This document shows positions 55,500 through 64,000 of a DNA stretch of 64,000 nucleotides, in pieces; the first letter of the stretch is position 1, and every line of letters begins with the position of its first letter. This stretch comes from Camelus dromedarius (Eukaryota). The notes under the pieces are model-generated. The model was not told where the DNA came from, ran no database searches, and worked only from the letters and a program-made list of their open reading frames with translations. The DNA is taken from the NCBI RefSeq assembly GCF_036321535.1, contig NC_087436.1:64668001-64732000 (forward strand), given 5' to 3'. A program made the position numbers and the translations under genes.

Positions 55500-56060
55500 T
55501 TATTAAGAAATAGTTTCTCTTATATAATGCCAAGCAGTCTTCTAAGCTCTGGAGATAAAATATTAAAAGACAAATAACTTCCCCTATGATCTGGAGCTTT
55601 CATTCTAGTTGTAAAAGGCAAAAAATGCATTAGCAAACAAATAAACCAACAGAGAATATCAGATTATGAGAGCTGGTAGAGAACCAAATATCTGTATCCC
55701 AAATAATGGGATACAGAACGTCCAGGTGTTTACTTGGATTAAGTGCTGGACAAAGACTATTTGGGGAGATGACTGGAAGGAAGTTCAGGGAAAGAGAACT
55801 CCAGGTGAGAGAACATCTCATATAAAGCCCTTAAGTGGGCAGAACTTGCAAATTCAGGAATAGGAAGAATGTCATTGGCTAAAGCAGTGAGAGAGTAAAT
55901 GGGAGATGAAGTCAAAGATATTAGGTATTTGTAAGGGTATGGAAGTTTAGAATTTATTTTGATTATTGTAGAAAGCCAATGGGTCCATTTAGAAAAGGAA
56001 GTGACAGGAAATCACTCATGTAATAAAGATCACATGGCTAGTATGTAGGTAATGGAGGGG
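55500..56060 (-). mobile_element. L2 LINE 3' fragment
   Basis: tgccaagcagtcttctaagctctggagata...tggagctttcattctagttg...gaactccaggtgagagaaca...aaagatcac. Confidence 0.6.
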
Positions 56061-56804
56061 TGTGATTGGCAAGACTAAAAAGTAAAAATCCTCTCCACTG
56101 TTGGTTCCCATACCTACTTCCTGGTACTAACCACTTATAAAAGGTTGATAATACCCCTAACCACACAAATGTATATTCACAGAGATATGTACAGGATTGG
56201 TGTGTGTTTGTGTATTTATAAAAACTATGGACTGAAGTATTGTCCTTTCCACTTTGACCTTTCATTAACTGTTCTGTCATTTATCTTTCATTTGTTTTAC
56301 TGACTTTGTAGATGTATTTACTTTTATTATATGGTATTCAAAACATAAAATATGTAGCACATATTAAATTGTGAAGCATTGTAATAAAATCAACACCTGT
56401 GAACTCATCATCTACCTGAGGAAATAGAATGTTTTCCATTTGTTTTTCTCTTCCTGAAACCTCTCCCTAACTCATCCCTGTGCTTCCCTACCAGAGACAC
56501 TCTACTAACTTTGTTCTTCATTTCCTTGACTTATTTGAATAGTTTATTCTTCTTCAAAAAAGATGTTGTTTACTCTGCCTTTTAAAAAATCTTTCTTTAA
56601 AATGATATCTTACTGTATATGTTCTTCTGTGACTTGCTTTTACTCACTCCCACATTCTAAGGCTTGTCTGGTTCATCCCATGAACATTTAAGTGCTGGCT
56701 CTGTGTCACACATACTATGTACTTTTCCTCTGCCTGTAATATTTTATCCTTTTCTCCTCTTCCTACTCAACAATTATTTGATATAGTGTGGGTACTTTTT
56801 AATC

Positions 56805-57010
56805 TCCTAGATTAGGAGCCAGATGACTGGATTCAGATATTGTTTATGCACTTACTTGAATCTGTGATATTGAACATCTTAACCTCTAAACCTCAGTTTT
56901 CTGATGAATAAAAGAATACCTACCTCAAGGAATTCTTGGGAGGTTTCAATGAGTGAATACATGAAAAATACATAGCATAGAACATAGAATTAATAGAAAT
57001 ATTTGAATAT
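56805..57010 (+). mobile_element. MIR SINE
   Basis: ggagccagatgactggattc...tgtgatattgaacatcttaacctctaaacctcagttttctga...acctacctca...aatgagtgaatacatg. Confidence 0.65.
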
Positions 57011-57039
57011 TATATATTTATATATATACTCATATATAA

Positions 57040-57620
57040 TAATTACCATGTACTAGGCATTATTTCAGGTGTGTGATACATCAATGAACAAAAAAAGACA
57101 AAATTTCTGTTCTTCTAGACCCTCACACCTAATGCAGACATTGGACATTAAGTATTAGACATTAATGAGGGGAGTATAGCTCAGTGGTAGAGCACATGTT
57201 TAGAATGCACAAAGTCCTGGGTTCAATCCCCAGTACCTCCATCAAAAAAAATTGGACGTTAAATATAAATATAAGAATTAAGTACATTATAATAATACAG
57301 AGTATCATAGAAGATAGTAATGATTCTAGGGTCAGAAATTGTAAAATTGGGTGGATGGAGTACAATTCTAAATAGGGTGATCTAGTGAGGTCTCTTTAAG
57401 GAGAAAATATTTGAGTAAAAATTAAAAGAGATGAAGGAGTTATTCATATCAGTATCTGGGAAAGGAGCACCCGAGACAGAAGAAACAATTGTGCAAAGCC
57501 TAAGGCAGAAGCATGCTTGGCATGTTACGGAACAGCATGGAAACAGGTGTGGCTAGCCCAGGTAGGAGAGACTAACAGACGATAATAATAGAAGATAATA
57601 GAGGCAGTTCAAATAAATGT
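57040..57620 (-). mobile_element. L2 LINE 3' fragment interrupted by SINE
   Basis: ttaccatgtactaggcattatttcaggtgtgtgatacatcaatgaacaaa...tatctgggaaaggagcacc...gtgcaaagcctaaggcagaagcatgcttggcatgtt. Confidence 0.6.
57167..57250 (+). mobile_element. tRNA-derived SINE (camelid-type)
   Basis: ggggagtatagctcagtggtagagcacatgtttagaatgcacaaagtcctgggttcaatccccagtacctcca + A tail; Pol III A box 57177-57187, B box 57220-57229; flanks attagacattaa / attggacgttaa. Confidence 0.85.
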
Positions 57621-59472
57621 CACCTAACAACGATCATAATTCCATCAACTCTCAGTTGAGATGTCACTGCTTCAGTGCAGTGTTTGCAGATTTTCTAGAC
57701 AAGGACATATTCCTTTATAATGTGTACTTAAGATGTCTCCAAAATTATGTAGTATAATAAACATTAACAGAAGCACACAAAATATAAATGTATGGCACTG
57801 TGATTTATCACCCTTCCTCAGGTCGAATTGGGAGTACCTCAGAAACCCTTTGACCTGTTCTCAATCATCCACCTCAAAACATAACCACTATCTTAACTTT
57901 GAACAGCAGTTCTTGTTTTGCATGTATTTGGTACTTTTTCAAATGAAATTATTCTGTACATATCCTTTTATGTTCTCCTTCTTTCCTTGGACATCTGTAT
58001 TGCTTTTTAATTTTCATTGCTGTATATTATTTGATAATTTATTCATCTCTTCTGCCATTAATAGTTATTTGGGTTCTTCACAGTTTTCAGCGATAATAAG
58101 TAATGCTTCTGTGGAGATTTGTGGGTACATGGACTTCTGCATTATTTCTGTTAATTAATATTTGATTAATCTGTCACTTACTGGTCTAGCAGTCCCATGA
58201 AAGTAAAGGTGGTTTGTGTTTGCCTTTCCCCTTTGTAGTTCCTAGATTAGTATTTGGCATGTGGTAGAAAGGAATTAATATTTTTAATTAACTAACTAAT
58301 ACAACAAATATAAGAGATTTGTCTCCAGTATTTCAGTTTGAAGTGTTGGAATATTTTTCAGTAGAAACATTTTTCTAGTGCTCAAGGTCTAAATCCTGCA
58401 GTGGTTTTCTTATTGTACTCTCATTAGTTTTGCTGCTTATGTATGTGTTTGCTGACCTATGTAACAATGTAGACAATATTTCTGAAGAATAAACTTGTCC
58501 CAAAACTTATAAAAGTAGTTGTCTAATATTTTAAGGTTAGATACTCCTATTATTCAAAGAGTTCAAATATATTTGGACTATAACCCATTTGTGAGCTTGA
58601 TTTCCCCATTGCTACTAGTAATAGTTGTTATAACTTTTTTATCTTTGGAAAAGCTTCTAAAAATATTTTGTTTCTTGGTCACAAGATTGTTAATACTCAA
58701 TAAAATAGCAAAACAATAAACCAGAAAAAAAAAGCCCCCCAAAATGGAAAAATATTACACTGCTTTCTTGAATTATCCAACACTTAGAAAATTGAATTTG
58801 AGAATATATATAATGATGTAAGAATTTTCAGTTCTGTATAAAACTTCCTACTGTGAAGAAATGAATAAAGATGAATCGACTTCCTTTATCTCCTTCAAAA
58901 GAAAGAAAAGTCAAGATAGTATGTAACCTGTAAAATTACATTGGTCTTCTTACAAAATTTATGGAAAATGTTGAGTTTAGTAGCATTTGGGTAGTAGTCC
59001 GTGTTCTTTTCTTACAAAACTACTTCTCGCAAGATTCCGATTTCTTAAGCTAAATCTTTTGTTAATAAAACTGACAATTTAATGCATTAAGTATCCCATT
59101 CCCATAAAAGTTACAATGAAAATAATTAGTTTTACTTTAGAAATTACAATTATTAAATTCTGTCTAGGACACATTTTTATGTATCTTAAACATATTTAAA
59201 GAAGAATAGTACATTACATTTATTCCTTTTAAAGAGCTGTAATTATTTCTGGTATAAGCATTTAAGAATACTCTCAATGAGAACCAGTTATCATCATTAA
59301 TTTAGTTTCTGATATTCTCATGCTACTCTATTACAAGCATGTAGAAGTTGTATATTTGCCATATGCCAGACATCTAGGTCTCCTCTAACTATAACAGAAA
59401 CAAAAAAGAGTAATTTGTGTGAAAATTCACCACATGGTGAGTTCATTTCCTTTTTTCCCTTTCCCCATCCAG

Positions 59473-59569
59473 AGCCGAATTCGTAGAATGTGGAATGACA
59501 CGGTCCGAAAGCAGTCAGAGTCTTCCTTCATTACTGGAGATATAAACAGTTCAGCATCACTCAACAGAG
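59473..59569 (+). CDS. ADGRL3: ADGRL3 coding exon: C-tail ([32 protein letters not shown])
   Basis: Long pyrimidine tract ...ccccatccag|, donor gag|gtaatt; 97 nt, phase 0-1; latrophilin [14 protein letters not shown] motif. Confidence 0.96.
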
Positions 59570-60240
59570 GTAATTAGAAATGATTGTTCCTACTTATTCT
59601 TTTTGTGATTATTTTAAGAAGTTCTTAAATGCATTGCTTTATTTTTAACTTCTGGACCTTGTTCCATGTGATAGGAATTTTGCAGGAGTATAAAACCTAG
59701 TTGAGTGTAGCAGTGAGTCTCATTATTCATAAGTCTTTCTTTTTCAATCCTGAATTTTCAGGAAATCTTTTCTAAAGAGAAGTGTAAAAACGAGCAACTT
59801 TTTTCTTTAGTCATCTGCCACCGCTATAAACCGGTGAGCTGTCAGGCCTCACTGAAAGCAGTGGAAGTGGGCAATTATGTGGCCGTATAGTCCGCTGAGC
59901 ATCGTAGAGTTCCACATTGTCCCAGATACAGAGCAATTTCACAGTCTTTGTGGAAGCAAAATTATACTGTCTAGTACATACTTCAGGCAACCTGTGTATT
60001 GGGGGAAAAACCACATCTAATCTTAATATCAAAAAGACTTGTCCAGACAATATTGGATATTTAAAGATTCAGGAGAAGAAAACATATAAATGATTTTTTT
60101 GGTGTGTATGTACTTCTAGTTAAAATGCTTCTAGGGGCATCATTTAGATCTTGCAAATGAAATTTCCTGATGTACTGTTCTGTTTGTGGTTGATTTTTTT
60201 ATTCTCTCTCTCTCCTCCCTTCCTCCAGCACCTACCAGCA

Positions 60241-60256
60241 TGTGTGTGTGTGTGTG
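60241..60256. repeat. (TG)8 microsatellite
   Basis: tgtgtgtgtgtgtgtg. Confidence 0.9.
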
Positions 60257-61865
60257 ATTAGAATTAAATTGGCTGCTATAAAAATGAGTTGATAGAATAT
60301 TTGTGGAAAGCTGGAGTACACTACAGTTAGTGCTCGGAAATCTTTAGAATACAGTTTTATCTGGAGGTGGGGGGTGGTGTTCGTATGAGCATATGCTAAT
60401 CCCAGTGTCCTAAGAGAGAGTTTTTTAATGTATATATTCAGTGGTTACTTTTATGATCAATATCGTTTTTTTTTCTTACCTCCAAACTAGAATTATTTGT
60501 TTGTTTTAAACTTGTTTCTGTCAGCTTTTTGTTATACTGAATGCTACTTAGAAACAAATAATTTAACAATTACAACTTTGATACAGGGATTTGCCCACTT
60601 ATCCATATTACGTATAATCTTGATTGACTTTCATACGTTATTTGTGGCAGTGATGTAGTAACTATAATCTAGTGTTGATGCTAAATTGTCTACATCACTT
60701 TTGCTTAAGTAAGGAGAGTGAGTGCAAATATTTCTCCACATATGAAGAAAATACATTAAAATAAAACAGTTACCTTCTTGTACTTTGTTTCATTTTTAGT
60801 TTGTTTTCAATAATTTCTCTCAAGTATTCTTCTCTTTTAAAGTATTTTTTAATGGTTAGTTTGTGAAAATTTATTTAAATATGAATACTCAACTTTTTTG
60901 ACATACTTTCCAAATCATAGACAACAAATTGCTTACAAATGCTTCCAATGTTTAGGAATTCATTTTCTTTCACACTGACAGATTTTCTTTTTTCTTTAAA
61001 TAATCTCATACATAGGAAATTTACAGTATGTTCCTAGAAAAACTTTTCTCATTAATAGGATTTATTATTGGAAGTATCTTGCATCTAATGATCACAGCAA
61101 CCATAGAATAAGTGTTTAAACAAAAGATGAAAAAAATATGATTTTAATGATGCAGTTTATTTGCCTACTGTGAAGATGGAGAAAATATGTAAAATAACTA
61201 CTTGGTCTAGCATTATGATTTATGTAAATTTATCTAAATTTATATAAACTTAGCAAGGTATGTAGCTTTATTAAAAACTATTTTAAATGAATAATTTTTA
61301 TGACCTTGATTTTAAGGTCGGTCACATTATGTAACATTGCAGTGTTCTTTTTAGTTCCTTCTCAAAAATTTCATCAACTTGGAATATGTGATATGTGGAT
61401 GAATAGGTCAGTTTGAAATAGATTTAAATAAAATAGTTATTTTATATTGTCTGATCATATGTTTAAATGCTTTTAAAAATCTTTAGCTTTAAAAGGTATT
61501 TCTTAAAGTTATTGAAGAAAGGGTATAAAAATTTCTTGGAACATCCAACAAGTTATTTTAATGATGGCTTAGGGGAGGGTTTAAATTGAATTTATGATTT
61601 GGAGTATGTCCATGCAGTGATCTTGTCCTTCAGGATACATATTCTTCCTTTCACATGGTGACTTTAATGGTGGTAGACATCACAGTGGTCTTCCTGATCT
61701 CCTACATTAATTTCCCAGTTCCCCCAAGTCAGTAACTCCTCGTTTTATTCTCATCTCATTATTTTTTATCTTAGATGAGTGCCGTACTTTAAAATTTTAT
61801 TTCTTCATATTATATCTCTAAAACTAGCCTTTAACCTCCTTCTTTAATCTTGTCTTATTTCCCAG

Positions 61866-61907
61866 GGTCCTATCTTCCCTGCATTCAGGCGTGTGTATCA
61901 TATTTAG
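61866..61907 (+). CDS. ADGRL3: ADGRL3 42-nt cassette exon in C-tail (G-SYLPCIQACVSYL-)
   Basis: Acceptor tcttatttcccag|, donor tag|gtaggt; phase 1-1, 14 codons; matches the GSYLPCIQACVTYL insert recalled from rodent latrophilin-3 (ORF 61850..62056). Confidence 0.85.
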   Translation, partial: GPIFPAFRRVYHI

Positions 61908-64000
61908 GTAGGTGGCATCCAAGATTCACCTTTCCAGATAAACTTCAGTCACCTCAGCAACATAATTATTCACATCTATTTATTCAAAAGACTATATTGT
62001 CTATTATTCAAATAAAACCTTTAGGCATTGCATTTTTACATCATCATATGTTCTAACTTCCCATTCATTCTTAGTTTCTTACAGCTGGAATTATTTTATT
62101 TAATTCAAACTCCATTTTCTTTTTTTTGTAAGTTAGATATATTAAATCTCATGTTTGTCTTTGGAATACTTCCGGTCTTTGAAAACTATAAGAATTTGTC
62201 TAAAAATTAGTCCTATTTTCACTTTAGGGTTTCTTTCCTATTCATACCACTGCCTAATTCATCAAAAGAATAATTATTTTAAAATTCTGTATGTCTTATC
62301 ATCTATTCTTCCAAATAAGAATCCATCATTATCATCTTTGGGATTCATTAAGAATAAATCATCCACCATACAGTGCAGAAATCTGTCTCAATAGTTTTTA
62401 TTTTTTTTTAATCATCTCTAATATTCTGTTCTTGAACCAACTTGTTGCATCCTGTGTATCAGATTACTTGTTTAGATATCCCAGTGTGATTAACTTGGTT
62501 ACTATTGAAATTTTTCTCCTTGGAATCAAGCAAGACCTTGGAAGATTTATCGATAATTTTCAACTCATGTAACCATTCTTACATATTCTCTTTGAGACTT
62601 TGTTATTTGATCACCTCATCTCTTTAAAACCTTTTATTACATTTGTCCTTTGAATATCTATAGTTATGAAGATGTTTCCAAGTGTTCCCTGTACATTTGA
62701 AAATATTTTTCTTCTGTTGACTTGCTTGCTCCAATGCTACACACCTATGCAAATCCAGAGTTCTTTGGAGCCAATACCCATAACCCCAGGACTACCAACC
62801 ATCAAGTTTACTTCACCTGTGCCACTGTATACACAGGTAGGAGGTTTTTGAGAGCCTTAAGGTGATGGTTCATTACAGAGGGTTTCAAGGAAAGTTAACT
62901 CTAATTCAAACCCAAGTTTCACAAACGCCACAGAAAGATTTGTTTATTTAAATATACACTGTTTGCACATACCTTGATGTCAGTCCTCAATCCCCAAGCT
63001 CCTCCCAGGCCACTGGAAATCTAATCCAAATTTCTAGTAGCTTCAACTTCCTAGTGATAGTAGAAACAATTCATAGCTATAGTAATCTTTCCCACCTGTA
63101 TCTCCTACCCATAATCCCTGCTGGCTAAACCACATTCTGAATCATTTAGATTAACGTTACCTGTAAAACTTGAGTTTGATCCCAAAATGAAGCATTTGGG
63201 GAGACATTTCTCTGGTGGTTCAGTTCATTGTTACACACATTTCCACTCTGTTTGCAGATTTATATAGAAATTGGGATACTTTCTGTAATTAAATTTTATT
63301 AGACTTTATCATCATGAATAATGTAATTGCATTTCCCATTTTTTTGAATTTAATAAATAGAACTGACATCAGAAATTTCAGTTTAAAATCAGATTTTGCT
63401 AGGTAGCTTCTACAAATATGGTATTGTTGTATGAATTGCAAAAAGATGCCCCTTCCCCCCCCCCCACCCCAAGCTGTGCATTGCAAAAATGTGCCCCATC
63501 TGAGTGGCAGAACTGGCAAAAAGGCACTTCTCCTTCTGAAACTATAACTTGGCTAGCATTGTGAGTTTTTATTTACCCCTGCCTCCAGTCCTCCTTCTCA
63601 TCAACCTCCCACACAAATTAATGCAATAGAGATTTTTACACATGGAGAATTGATCTGCAAAGCTATATATATTTAAGCCAAATTTAAGTGTTACATGACA
63701 GAATAATGTCTGATTTGTAGGTGTGTAGCACTTATTTGTTAATACTGACAAATTCTCCTTTCAAGGTTCAGATTTATGTTAATCTACACATGCATTCTCA
63801 GTAAATTTAAATAATTAGCAAAATTATGATGGCCTATGGCAACCTTGTCATAATTTTTAAGGGTAAATTTTAGTTCTCAGTGGCACAACTGTCTACTGAA
63901 AGTTGACCTCAACTGTTAGCAGCGTTGTTGATACAAAGGAGAAAAGTGCCATCAAATAGACGTTTGCAAATAGTCGAGTTACTTGTTGCAGTTTTGCCTA

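Noticed and set aside
57167..57241. Apparent tRNA gene
   Set aside because: A tail, TSD and imperfect stems indicate a tRNA-derived SINE
57733..58158. Longest ORF in the track (141 aa)
   Set aside because: Compositionally biased, overlaps what looks like an old antisense L1 3' end, with no splice or homology support
61219..61248. AT-rich near-palindrome tttatgtaaatttatctaaatttatataaa
   Set aside because: Explained by a 10-bp AT-rich tandem repeat; expected in this composition
1..64000. Prokaryote-type systems (CRISPR arrays, operons, defence islands) or a second nested gene
   Set aside because: The sequence is a mammalian intron-exon locus; no regularly spaced repeats, long ORFs or CpG island seen

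Overview
AT-rich, CpG-depleted mammalian genomic DNA, probably camelid judging by a tRNA-derived SINE at 57167. It is an internal + strand segment of ADGRL3 (latrophilin-3/LPHN3, an adhesion GPCR). Seven core coding exons with GT-AG boundaries and matching phases encode TM1-TM7 and the start of the cytoplasmic tail (1682-1891, 4330-4550, 16127-16193, 18628-18719, 45178-45346, 52920-53045, 59473-59569). Two in-frame cassette exons are also present: a 27-nt ICL3 microexon (42599-42625) and a 42-nt C-tail exon (61866-61907). The rest is intron containing old mammalian repeats (L1, L2, MIR, MLT1, LTR16-like, MER21-like, MER2, MER3, MER46C, MER58) and a younger solo ERV LTR nested in the MER21-like LTR. 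I see no new multi-gene system. The best leads are possible hidden splicing elements: a 52-nt exon with the same phases as the ECL2/TM5 exon, a 14-nt stop-containing microexon in the ICL3 intron, a CpG-retaining candidate terminal exon ending in YVAV*, and a strong acceptor followed by a UG repeat. These are sequence-level inferences that need RNA-seq and conservation checks. Repeat family names come from recalled consensus sequences, and repeat boundaries are approximate.
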